Shown: positions 1 to 8,733, numbered from the stretch's first letter. The stretch: 64,000 bases of DNA from Deltaproteobacteria bacterium (GCA_029262315.1 JAJCZP010000241.1:10470-74469); one strand, 5' to 3'. The notes: generated by a model from the letters alone, not told the origin. Numbers and translations are program-made.

Positions 1-2
1 TG

Positions 3-1442
3 GATGGACAGACGATCAATCTCTTGGGGTGGGCTGGCGTCGACTGCCCGATCGGAACGGTGACGCTCATTACCCTCAGCATGTTCATGGCTGTTTGCGG
101 AAAGTCGGCGCAAGTACCGTTTCACGTGTGGCTCCCCTTCGCGATGGAGGCGCCGACCCCGGTGTCGGCGCTGATTCATGCCGCGACAATGGTCAACGCC
201 GGTCCGTTTCTTCTGGTTCGTATGAGCCCGCTCCTGATCGTGTCTCCCGCGGCGATGACGGTGATCGCGGTCATGGGTGCCACGACCGCGCTCTTCGGGG
301 CGCTGGTGGCGCTCACCCAGAGCGACATCAAAAAGACGCTGGCCTATTCCACGATCAGCCAGCTCGGGTTCATGATCATGACCTGCGGCGTCGGGGCCTT
401 CGTTGCCGCGAGCTTCCATTTGCTGGCGCACGGGTGTTTGAAGGCATTCCTGTTCTTGTCGACCGGCAACGCGCTGGAATCGGTCCAGGCGCACGGGCAT
501 GTCGATGCGGAGGCCCGGCCCGAAGCTAAGTCGAGCGCGGCCGTGCTGGTAGGAGCACTGCTCTTGGCGTGCGTTCCCCCGTTGGTGATCTTCTCGGGAC
601 CCTACGAGTCCATGTGGTCCTCGCAGGGGTTTGTCTCGGGGAGAGTGGCCTTCTGGGGGATCGGCTTGGTGACGGTCTTTCTGACGGCGATGTACCTCGT
701 GCGCGGCGCGCTGTCGGCCCTTCAGAGTGGCCTGTTCGGCGCGCGACCTTCGCTCCTATCGGGGCCATACTTTCTATCAATTCTTGCCTCCGCTACGATG
801 CTGGGTGTGGTGCTCGTGACAGTGTGGACCCGGTTCGCTGAGTTCCTGACGCCGGCCGTCGGCCGACGCCTGCCGCTCGGCGAGGTCGTCCCGACCGCGA
901 CACTCTCGGTGCCCATCCTGCTTCCACTGGCGGTCGCCATCGGTGGATGCGGGTGTGCCTACGTGCTTCACATCACGAGGAGGACCTCTGTCCTCGCGCA
1001 GTCGACGTGGATGAAGCGCTGCTACGTGCACCTGCTCAACAAGCTGTATTTCGACGAGTTCTACGAGGCGTATGTGGTCGAGCCCATGCTGCGATTGGCG
1101 CGGTGGCTATCGCGGATCGTGGATCTGAGAATCGATCGGGGAATCGTGGGGGCGGCCGGCGGAACCGTGAGCCTCGCCCGGTGGCTCTTGCGCGTGGTGG
1201 ATCTAGGCATCGATCGCGGCGTGGTGGGAGCGGGAGGGAGAACCGTTGGCCTCGCGGGATGGCTATGGGAGTTCTTCGATACGCGAGGGATCGGTGACAA
1301 CGTCGACCGATTGGCGTACACGGTCGATGCTGCGGGCCACGCGTTGGACAGGGGCGAGCCGCGTGCGCTCCAGCACCACCTCTTGATCCTGGTCGTGTCG
1401 CTCGTCGCGGCGATCGGACTCTTCTATTGGCTCGTGCAGTGA
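3..1442 (+). CDS. nuoL: NADH-quinone oxidoreductase subunit L (complex I antiporter-like subunit). The 5' end is cut by the window edge and the C-terminal lateral-helix region is unusually long.
   Basis: The frame is open from base 3. The motif GKSAQVPFHVWLPFAMEAPTPVSALIHAATMVNAG is typical of the NuoL/ND5 family. LYFDEFYEAYVVEP precedes the amphipathic helix, and a terminal TM helix is present. nuoM starts 10 nt downstream. Confidence 0.9.
   Translation, partial: DGQTINLLGWAGVDCPIGTVTLITLSMFMAVCGKSAQVPFHVWLPFAMEAPTPVSALIHAATMVNAGPFLLVRMSPLLIVSPAAMTVIAVMGATTALFGALVALTQSDIKKTLAYSTISQLGFMIMTCGVGAFVAASFHLLAHGCLKAFLFLSTGNALESVQAHGHVDAEARPEAKSSAAVLVGALLLACVPPLVIFSGPYESMWSSQGFVSGRVAFWGIGLVTVFLTAMYLVRGALSALQSGLFGARPSLLSGPYFLSILASATMLGVVLVTVWTRFAEFLTPAVGRRLPLGEVVPTATLSVPILLPLAVAIGGCGCAYVLHITRRTSVLAQSTWMKRCYVHLLNKLYFDEFYEAYVVEPMLRLARWLSRIVDLRIDRGIVGAAGGTVSLARWLLRVVDLGIDRGVVGAGGRTVGLAGWLWEFFDTRGIGDNVDRLAYTVDAAGHALDRGEPRALQHHLLILVVSLVAAIGLFYWLVQ
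1095..1328 (+). repeat. Three tandem 78-nt (26-aa) units inside the nuoL lateral-helix coding region.
   Basis: Unit A (1095-1172) is LARWLSRIVDLRIDRGIVGAAGGTVS. Unit B (1173-1250) is LARWLLRVVDLGIDRGVVGAGGRTVG. Unit C (1251-1328) is LAGWLWEFFDTRGIGDNVDRLAYTVD. A and B share 19 of 26 residues by eye; C is more diverged. Confidence 0.85.
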
Positions 1443-1452
1443 AGAGGCCATC

Positions 1453-2952
1453 ATGACGTCGTTCGTCGCCGCCCACATACTCAGTTGCATCATCGCCGTC
1501 CCGTTTCTGGGGATCGCGGCCATGGCGTTGGTGCGGGACGAGCAGTGGGTGCGTCGCACGGCGCTCATCGCCACGCTCGTGACGTTCGGGCTCTCCCTCA
1601 TCCTCTGGTCTCAGTTTGATGCGCAGCGCGCGGGGATGCAGTTCGTCGAGCGCGTGGAGTGGATGCCGACGTTCAACATTCAGTTTGCCGTCGGCGTGGA
1701 TGGCATCAGCATTCTCATGGTGCTGCTCACGACGCTGCTGTGTCCCTTGTGCGTGCTGTCGTCCTGGACCGCCATCACCACCAGAGTCCGTGCGTTCATG
1801 ATGCTGATCTTGCTGGTGGAGGGCGCCATGATCGTCGTCTTCACCGCGCTCGATCTCTTTCTCTTCTTCATGATGTGGGAAGTCACGATGATTCCCATGT
1901 ATTTCATGATCTTGCTGTGGGGCGGGCCGGGCCGGGTCGCCGCCGGCCTCAAGTTCGTGTTGTACAGTCTGACCGGGAGCTTGCTGCTCCTCGTGGCGAT
2001 TCTGGGCCTGCATCTCGAAGGGGGCCGGACGTTCGACATCGTGGCATTGGCGACGCAGACCTATTCGCCAGATGTGCAGATGTGGATCTTCGCGATGTTC
2101 TTTCTCGCCTTCGCCATCAAGTTGCCGATGGTGCCCTTTCACACGTGGCTGCCGGATGCCCACTCCGAAGCGCCAACGGCTGGGAGTGTCCTTCTTGCGG
2201 GCGTGCTCTTGAAGATGGGGGGGTACGGATTCTTGCGCTTCTGTCTGCCGATTCTTCCAGACGCATGCGTGACGGTCGCTCCGTTCATCCTATGGGCATC
2301 GGTCCTGGCCATCGTGTACGGCGGGTATATGGCACTCGCGCAGTCCGATCTGAAGAAGTTGGTGGCATACTCGTCGGTGTCGCACATGGGCTTCGTGACG
2401 CTGGGGATCTTCGCATTCAACAACCAGGGCATCCAGGGCGCCGTGCTCCAGATGTTCAATCATGGCATCACGACGGGCGCCTTGTTTCTCGCGATCGGGC
2501 AGTTGTACGACCGCACACATAGCCGCTCCATTGGCGACTACGGCGGCCTGCACAAACCCATGCCTCGATTCGTAGCTCTGCTGTGCTTCTTTTCCGTGGC
2601 CGGATTCGGATTGCCCGGCACGGCCAATTTTATTGGAGAGTTTCTGGTCCTGATCGGGACGTCGCAGCGAAGTTTCGTGCTGGTGCTCCTCGCCATGAGC
2701 GGAATCGTCTTGGCGGCAGCGTACATGTTGTGGATGTTGCAGCGCGTTGCGTTGGGCCAACCGACGAACCCCGCTATCCTACGGCTACCCGATGTGAGCC
2801 GCCGGGAGCTCATCACCCTGCTTCCCTTGGCGGTCGCGGTGCTCTTCGTCGGCCTGTATCCCGGCCCGTTGATGGAAACGATGGACGCCAGCGTGACCAA
2901 TCTGGTCGAGCAGCTGACCTCTCTGCGCCCCGAAACGGTCGCTCACGAGTAG
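1453..2952 (+). CDS. nuoM: NADH-quinone oxidoreductase subunit M.
   Basis: 499 aa, polytopic. Motifs FAIKLPMVPFHTWLPDAHSEAPTAGSVLLAGVLLKMGGYGF and KKLVAYSSVSHMGF are typical of NuoM/ND4. Confidence 0.93.
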   Translation: MTSFVAAHILSCIIAVPFLGIAAMALVRDEQWVRRTALIATLVTFGLSLILWSQFDAQRAGMQFVERVEWMPTFNIQFAVGVDGISILMVLLTTLLCPLCVLSSWTAITTRVRAFMMLILLVEGAMIVVFTALDLFLFFMMWEVTMIPMYFMILLWGGPGRVAAGLKFVLYSLTGSLLLLVAILGLHLEGGRTFDIVALATQTYSPDVQMWIFAMFFLAFAIKLPMVPFHTWLPDAHSEAPTAGSVLLAGVLLKMGGYGFLRFCLPILPDACVTVAPFILWASVLAIVYGGYMALAQSDLKKLVAYSSVSHMGFVTLGIFAFNNQGIQGAVLQMFNHGITTGALFLAIGQLYDRTHSRSIGDYGGLHKPMPRFVALLCFFSVAGFGLPGTANFIGEFLVLIGTSQRSFVLVLLAMSGIVLAAAYMLWMLQRVALGQPTNPAILRLPDVSRRELITLLPLAVAVLFVGLYPGPLMETMDASVTNLVEQLTSLRPETVAHE

Positions 2953-2996
2953 AACCCCATCACCACCGGGTCACCGGCGCGGTCGAGTTCGTGTGA

Positions 2997-3031
2997 GCGG
3001 GCGCCCGTAGCATGGGGTGACGGGCGCCCGC
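2997..3031. terminator. GC-rich hairpin between the convergent nuoM and porin genes; likely bidirectional terminator.
   Basis: Perfect 12-bp stem, GCGGGCGCCCGT (2997-3008) with ACGGGCGCCCGC (3020-3031), and an 11-nt loop. There is no clear U-tract. Confidence 0.55.
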
Positions 3032-3037
3032 GCGCGA

Positions 3038-4438
3038 TCAGTATACGAACTGAACTCGACCCTGGACGATGTCCATGCCGTTGGCATCGCGGCGGGTCGC
3101 AGACGTGTTGTCCGTGTCGACGATCCTCGACCACTCGAACATCAGCCGGACCGCGGGATTCAGGTACCAGTTGAGACCGGTCGTCCAGACCATTTCCTCG
3201 CCACCCTTCAGCGAGCCGTCGTTGAGGTGGATGCCGGAGAGTCGTCCCGCCAGTTCCCAGGCTCCCCAGGTGCGCGCCGCCAAGCTGAAGTTGTTGTCAC
3301 CCTTGAGGCGCTTGAACTCGCCGGAGCTCATCTTATAGGCCGCCGCGCGTGACTCTCCGGTCATCGTCCAGGTTCCTGCGACGTGCCAGCTGTCGAAATC
3401 GTGGTCGCTCCCCCTGCTGCGATCGATGAACGCTTTGTTGTATTCTCCGAAGAGTGAGAAGGGCCCGACGGCCAGCGCGAACTCGGGACCAACGAGGGTC
3501 GCGCTGTCGATGTTTTCGATTTGGCCCGTGTCCACGATCGCGAGATTCGACTGGTGGGTCGTCTCATCCTTGATCCGGAGGCCGTCCTTGCCAGGTGACG
3601 GTTCGCGATACGCGACGCGCGCGCCCAGGTGGAGCACCCGGTTCTCTGACAAAATCGGCGTGTAGATGAACCGGCCGGCGAGGCCCCAGCCCTCGTCGTC
3701 GTCTTTGTTTGGATCGACGGACTCACCGTAGACGCCCGCGGCCGCGAACCAGTGCTCGCCCGAATGCTGCGCGCGGGCGCCGATCGCACGATCGACGAAC
3801 CGTTCGAGGAGGAAAGCGTCGATCGAGCGCTCGATGAACGGGATGTCGTTCGAGCTCATCTCGATGGACAGGCTGTACGGCTGCTTCTGGTGGCCCACGG
3901 AAACCGAGGCCAACGGGAACCCTTCGTACGCGAGCCAGAAGTCTTTTATGGCGACGTCGTTGTCGGCGAAGTCCAGCTCAGTAGACCACTTCCAGTCCTC
4001 GTAGAACGTGCCCTTGAGCTCCAGACGAGCGCGGCGCAGCTCGGTCCCATCGGTAGCATCGACGCCGTCCGGAAGATCGCCGTAGTTGCCGGACGCCTGG
4101 GTATGCAAGCGCGCCCCGATCTTCATGCTGAATCGCCCATCCTGGGACTTGACGTTGAAGCCCTTCGCGTCAAGCGTGACCGCGGGCGCGTTGGACTCCT
4201 CTTGCTCGACTTCCGCGAGTTCCTGGCCCTGTGATTCGATCTCTTCTCGCTGGGCCCGAATCTCTTCTCGCTGGGCCTTGATCTCCTCCATTTGTTTCTC
4301 GAGTTGCCGCTGCTGCTCTTCGAGGCTCCGCTCCAGGTGTCGCAGCCGCTCATCGACGCTCTGACCGCCGGCCCACGCCGGTGTCACGAGCAGCGCCGTG
4401 AGTATCCCCAGCGTGAGTGTCCATCCCGCAGCCTTCAT
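3038..4438 (-). CDS. Outer-membrane phosphate-selective porin, OprO/OprP family, with an N-terminal coiled coil.
   Basis: Signal peptide ending AWAGG. Heptad-rich segment EEQQRQLEKQMEEIKAQREEIRAQREEIESQ. Beta-strand-like alternating sequence and a C-terminal aromatic end, VQFVY, typical of OM beta-barrels. Overall resemblance to the porin O/P family. Confidence 0.7.
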   Translation of the reverse strand: MKAAGWTLTLGILTALLVTPAWAGGQSVDERLRHLERSLEEQQRQLEKQMEEIKAQREEIRAQREEIESQGQELAEVEQEESNAPAVTLDAKGFNVKSQDGRFSMKIGARLHTQASGNYGDLPDGVDATDGTELRRARLELKGTFYEDWKWSTELDFADNDVAIKDFWLAYEGFPLASVSVGHQKQPYSLSIEMSSNDIPFIERSIDAFLLERFVDRAIGARAQHSGEHWFAAAGVYGESVDPNKDDDEGWGLAGRFIYTPILSENRVLHLGARVAYREPSPGKDGLRIKDETTHQSNLAIVDTGQIENIDSATLVGPEFALAVGPFSLFGEYNKAFIDRSRGSDHDFDSWHVAGTWTMTGESRAAAYKMSSGEFKRLKGDNNFSLAARTWGAWELAGRLSGIHLNDGSLKGGEEMVWTTGLNWYLNPAVRLMFEWSRIVDTDNTSATRRDANGMDIVQGRVQFVY

Positions 4439-4535
4439 TCCAGCCTCCTGACCGATTCTCTGAACTTCGTCAACGTATCGCGCGAGATCTAGCCCGCGGA
4501 CGGTTAGGAGAGGGTAACGACGGTGCGAATGTTCG

Positions 4536-4564
4536 ATGACGCGAGTATTACGAAAAGGTTACAG
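4536..4564 (-). promoter_or_regulatory. Pho-box-like triple direct repeat upstream of the porin gene.
   Basis: On the minus strand the sequence reads CTGTAAC-N4-TCGTAAT-N4-GCGTCAT. The three heptads have 11-bp periodicity and sit about 100 nt upstream of the porin ATG. The E. coli Pho box is CTGTCAT-N4-CTGTCAT. Confidence 0.3.
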
Positions 4565-4590
4565 CGCGGCGACGGCGACCCTCGTACTGC

Positions 4591-5427
4591 TCAGCTCGCC
4601 TGGTCCTCCACCCAGCGGATCTTCCGATAGTCGAAGCGCACGTCCTCGATCACGTTGAACTTCAGAATGTCGAAGAACGGCGAGATGTCGAAGTCGCGGG
4701 GGCTGATCAACGTCGCCGGGCGGCGCTTGAACACGGCGCCGGCCCGCGGGGGTCGTCGCGAGAGCCAGTCACGGAGGCGCTGCGGCTCCGGTTCGTCCGT
4801 CTCGGTGACGACGGGCAGGACCGGGTACCGTACCTTGGCAAAGGCGCGCGCGATCATGCTCGAGCAGATGACCTGTGTCGGAATGCCGCTACCAAACGCC
4901 AGGGCGGAGCGACGGAAGCGGCGCGGTACGAGGCTGACCGGGAGGAAGTAACGCGCGAGGTCGATCAGGTTCTTGACGTCGTAGCGGAATCCGATTTGCG
5001 AGATGATCTCGGTAATGACGACTTGCGCGTCCTCGCGCCGGAGGTCCGCGGGGCGACACACCCGGATGTTGTACTCGATGTATTTCGAGAGCGGGGACGC
5101 GACCACGCCTTCTTCAACCAGCGCTTCGACGATGAGATGCTGTGCGTCGTCGCCGAACTGCTCCAGGAGCGCCGGTCGATCCTCGGGGTATCGTCGCCAC
5201 AGCTCGTCACCGACATAGATCGCGGCATGTGACCAGGAGCTCTGCGTCAGATACTTGATGACTTCACTTACTCGCTGGTCGCCCTCGACCAGCAGCACAT
5301 CGCCCTTCTTGATAAAGCGTCGGAGATTCGTCAGATCGTTGCGCGCCGGCCGCTGGTAGCGCTTCAGCGGCGTGGTGAGCAGCCGCGTGATGAGTCGGAC
5401 GAGACGTTGGCGAATACGAAGTCGCAT
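4591..5427 (-). CDS. YiiX/YaeF-like permuted papain-fold (NlpC/P60 superfamily) hydrolase.
   Basis: KKGDVLLVEGDQRVSEVIKYLTQSSWSHAAIYVGD and a later ICSSMIARAF Cys motif. Start chosen at the internal ATG (MRLRIRQ) rather than the ORF-track ATG at 5529. Confidence 0.6.
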   Translation of the reverse strand: MRLRIRQRLVRLITRLLTTPLKRYQRPARNDLTNLRRFIKKGDVLLVEGDQRVSEVIKYLTQSSWSHAAIYVGDELWRRYPEDRPALLEQFGDDAQHLIVEALVEEGVVASPLSKYIEYNIRVCRPADLRREDAQVVITEIISQIGFRYDVKNLIDLARYFLPVSLVPRRFRRSALAFGSGIPTQVICSSMIARAFAKVRYPVLPVVTETDEPEPQRLRDWLSRRPPRAGAVFKRRPATLISPRDFDISPFFDILKFNVIEDVRFDYRKIRWVEDQAS

Positions 5428-5471
5428 GATGTTTTTTCTGCGGAGATCATTGTAACCGAGGCGCTTTCCAC

Positions 5472-6227
5472 GTGAAAAGCACGAAAAGCAAGAATTTCCA
5501 CAATGCGCCACGGCGAAGACGCCGGCCACCGCGTCTGGATCCCGCGCGAGTCAACGCGTTCCGTCGCCGCCTGGTGTCATGGTACGGGCGGCATGGGCGT
5601 GATCTCCCCTGGCGGCATACGCATGATCCCTACGAGATTCTGGTCTCGGAGATCATGCTGCAGCAAACGCAAGTCGGCCGCGTTCTGGAGTACTATCCTC
5701 GATTCTTGGCGCGCTATCCCACGGCGGCCTATCTCGCGTCCGCGTCGGCGTCCGCCGTGCGCGATGCGTGGGAGGGCCTCGGGTACTATCGCCGCGCCCA
5801 GAATCTCCACCGGACCGCCCGGCTGATCACGCGCGAGCATGGGGGGCGCTTTCCGGCCGAGCCTGCCGACCTTGCGAAGCTTCCTGGTATCGGTCGGTAC
5901 ACCGCCGCCGCGGTGGCGTCATTCGCCTACGGTGCGCACGCCGCGATTCTCGACACGAACGCGGCGCGCGTACTGCAGCGGGTGTTCGGTCCCGGGCGAC
6001 GGCGTGGACGCGAGTCGCGTCTCTGGGCCGTAGCCGAGCACGTCGTCCCCCGCGGCCGCAGCTACGACTTCAATCAAGCGATCATGGATCTTGGTGCCAC
6101 GATCTGTACGGCCCGACGGCCGGCGTGCCCGCGTTGCCCTGTGCGGGGCGCATGCGATGCGTTCAGAAGAGGATGGTTCCAAGACGCGAGATCGCCCAGA
6201 TCGCGAACGTCCCGTAAAACACGCTAG
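5472..6227 (+). CDS. MutY/EndoIII-family HhH-GPD adenine glycosylase. Only the catalytic domain plus the 4Fe-4S loop is present; there is no C-terminal NUDIX-like domain.
   Basis: WYGRHGRDLPWRHTHDPYEILVSEIMLQQTQV, helix-hairpin-helix LPGIGRYTAAAV, and Fe-S loop CTARRPACPRCPVRGAC. The basic tail is encoded antisense to the 3' end of the next gene. GTG start. Confidence 0.75.
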   Translation: MKSTKSKNFHNAPRRRRRPPRLDPARVNAFRRRLVSWYGRHGRDLPWRHTHDPYEILVSEIMLQQTQVGRVLEYYPRFLARYPTAAYLASASASAVRDAWEGLGYYRRAQNLHRTARLITREHGGRFPAEPADLAKLPGIGRYTAAAVASFAYGAHAAILDTNAARVLQRVFGPGRRRGRESRLWAVAEHVVPRGRSYDFNQAIMDLGATICTARRPACPRCPVRGACDAFRRGWFQDARSPRSRTSRKTR

Positions 6228-7509
6228 TCGCGATCATCACGGCCGTCGCAACCCTTCCCGGGCGACAGAACGGCGGCAGGAGTCGCCGATTCATGACCAG
6301 GGTGAGCGGTGTGTAGATGGCCATCGCGATCCCGCCGAAGAATCCGGCGCTCAACAGAAACATGATCGGGGGGAGACTCTCGTACACGTAGGTGAGGATC
6401 ACGCCGAGGACGATCCAGCCGACAGCGATACGGAGGTACCACCAGTCGACATCGTGGCGGCGTGCGCTCTCGTAGTTCACGTGCACCAGATCGGCGAGGC
6501 TCCGAGCGACGCCGTCGACCAGTGTGAGTTGTGTGGTGAAGAGGCAGGCGACGCCGATCGCGAGGAACACATAGCGACCAAAGCCACCAGCAAGCGAGCC
6601 CAGCAGTGTGGCCTCGTCCCATACGAGCGTTTCTTGATTGGGGACGACCCCGGCGGAATGCAGGACGGCGAGCGCGGCGTAGATGAAGAGGATGATCGTC
6701 AACGTGTTTAGTCCCCAGAAGAAGAGCGCTTGATCCAGCACGAGGTGCCGGCGCCACGCGTGCCAACGCACGCGGTTCTCGGGGGTATCGGTGGGCACGC
6801 GCGCGCCGTCCGCACGGGCCGCGGCCATGCCCCACCCTTTGTCCCGGATATAGAAACAGAAGAAGAGGTTCGCCGTACCACCCGCGCCGGCGAAAACGAT
6901 GGCCGAGAAGAACTCGTACGGAGGCATCTCGGGATCGCGGTAGGGGACGTTGCTGGCCCCGTGCAGCAGGGTTCCCCAGGTGCCCGCATCCCCGATCAGG
7001 ACCGCGATCGAGATCAGTCCGAGTGTCATCAGGACGACGAGCGTCGTCGTGGTCCGCTCGACGGCGCGATAGGCGACCCGCGGTCCGAAGAGTACGACGG
7101 CGACGCCGAGGAAGGTGATGGCCGTCCACATCCACGGCGTGCCCCATCCGTCGGGGCCGACCAGGAGGGCCTTGAGGGCCCCACCGCATGTTCGCGCCCA
7201 TCCGGGCAAGAGCCAGCCTGCGACGTTCAGCAGAACGAAGATCGGAGCCCAGACGCGAGACAGCCGTGAGTAGCCAGCGTAGACACTCTCGCCGGTCGCC
7301 AGGGTGTAGCGGCCGATCTCGCAGTTGATGCCGAATTGTAGCGCGACCCCGAGGAGTGCGGCCCACGTCATCGACGCGCCGAAGCGCGCCGTCATCCGGG
7401 GCCAGATGACGAGTTCCCCCGCCCCGATGGAGAGTCCGACGAGTACGGCGCCGGGGCCGGCGAGAGCCCAGAATCCGAGCGGCTTCGCCGGGATGTCGGC
7501 GCGCTGCAT
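6163..7509 (-). CDS. Nramp-related polytopic metal-ion transporter; the canonical DPGN motif was not seen.
   Basis: 448 aa with roughly 11 hydrophobic segments. The N-terminal GPGAVLVGLSIGAGELVIWPR resembles the Nramp-family first TM signature. Confidence 0.6.
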   Translation of the reverse strand: MQRADIPAKPLGFWALAGPGAVLVGLSIGAGELVIWPRMTARFGASMTWAALLGVALQFGINCEIGRYTLATGESVYAGYSRLSRVWAPIFVLLNVAGWLLPGWARTCGGALKALLVGPDGWGTPWMWTAITFLGVAVVLFGPRVAYRAVERTTTTLVVLMTLGLISIAVLIGDAGTWGTLLHGASNVPYRDPEMPPYEFFSAIVFAGAGGTANLFFCFYIRDKGWGMAAARADGARVPTDTPENRVRWHAWRRHLVLDQALFFWGLNTLTIILFIYAALAVLHSAGVVPNQETLVWDEATLLGSLAGGFGRYVFLAIGVACLFTTQLTLVDGVARSLADLVHVNYESARRHDVDWWYLRIAVGWIVLGVILTYVYESLPPIMFLLSAGFFGGIAMAIYTPLTLVMNRRLLPPFCRPGRVATAVMIATSVFYGTFAIWAISRLGTILF

Positions 7510-7516
7510 CGCAGTC

Positions 7517-8599
7517 CTAGAGGATCTTGTCTCTCTGCAATGCCTCGGCGACCAGCACGGCGCCCTTCGCGGCTCCGAACTTGGTGTTGTGCGATACGAG
7601 TACGAAACGCAGACCGTTTGTCCACAGGGGATCGGGCCGCAGGCGGCCGACCGAGGTCGTCATGCCTCCGTCGGCATCGCGATCGATACGCGGTTGCGGT
7701 CGGAACGGGTCATCGTGCACCGTGATGAACTGCTGAGGAGCCGAGGGCAGATCGTCGATGCCGGCTTGGTATTCGCGCATTGCCGCCGCGGCGTCAGCCG
7801 GTGAGCACGGCCGCGCGAGCGACACCGAGACAGCTTCGGTGTGGCCTTCGAGCACGGCGGCGCGGGTGCACGTTGCCGAGACGATGCAATCAGCCGGTGT
7901 CACCGCGTCGTCGCGGAGTACTCCCAGGATCTTTGCGGTCTCGCGCGCCACCTTCTCCTCTTCTCCCGGGATGTACGGCACCACGTTGTCGAGCATGTCG
8001 AGCCCGAGCACTCCTGGAGAGCGCCCGGCACCCGAGATCCCTTGCATCGACGTCATGGACACACGTTCGATTCCGAAGTGGTCGTGCAGTGGCTTCAGAG
8101 CGATGGCGAGCCCGGTCGTGGTGCAGTTCGGAATCGGCGCCACGAATCCGCGCCAACCTCGTCGCGACTGTTGCGTCTTGATGAGAGGTGCGTGCGGGAG
8201 GTTCACGCCTGGGATGAGGAGCGGAACGTCGTCCTCGTAGCGGAAGGCCGAGGCGGTGCTGACCACCGGGCGATCGGCGGCCCAGAGCGGTTCGAGTTCT
8301 TTGGCCGGTTCGCTCTCGATCGCCGAGAAGACGATGTCGATGCCGTCGAGGTTGAGGCGTGCCCCTTCCTGGACCGTCACGTCGAGCAGCGCTGGCGGTG
8401 GCGGCTCGGCGCACCACCAGCGGAGCGCCCCAGAGGCATCGCGCAGAGCGTCCCCGTAGCGCTTGCCCGCGCTCCGTGCCGAGGCGGCAAGGGCGGCGAT
8501 ATCGTACCAAGGGTGGTCGCGGAGGGCGGCCACGAATTGTTGCCCGGCGATACCCGTGGCGCCCACGATGGCAACCTGTTTCTTCCGTGCTTGCGACAT
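7517..8599 (-). CDS. asd: Aspartate-semialdehyde dehydrogenase.
   Basis: N-terminal Rossmann motif VAIVGATGIAGQ and active-site IPNCTTTGLAIALKPL; 360 aa. Confidence 0.88.
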   Translation of the reverse strand: MSQARKKQVAIVGATGIAGQQFVAALRDHPWYDIAALAASARSAGKRYGDALRDASGALRWWCAEPPPPALLDVTVQEGARLNLDGIDIVFSAIESEPAKELEPLWAADRPVVSTASAFRYEDDVPLLIPGVNLPHAPLIKTQQSRRGWRGFVAPIPNCTTTGLAIALKPLHDHFGIERVSMTSMQGISGAGRSPGVLGLDMLDNVVPYIPGEEEKVARETAKILGVLRDDAVTPADCIVSATCTRAAVLEGHTEAVSVSLARPCSPADAAAAMREYQAGIDDLPSAPQQFITVHDDPFRPQPRIDRDADGGMTTSVGRLRPDPLWTNGLRFVLVSHNTKFGAAKGAVLVAEALQRDKIL

Positions 8600-8733
8600 G
8601 ATGGCGGCTCCTAGAGGTGTTGGGGGGCCTCCTTACCACGCGCTCGGCTGGCTGTCACAGGTCGCTTTGGCGGGCACACCTCGGTGTGCTCTAATACGGC
8701 GCCGCGACCGGGCTGGTCCCGGAGGAGGTTCCC

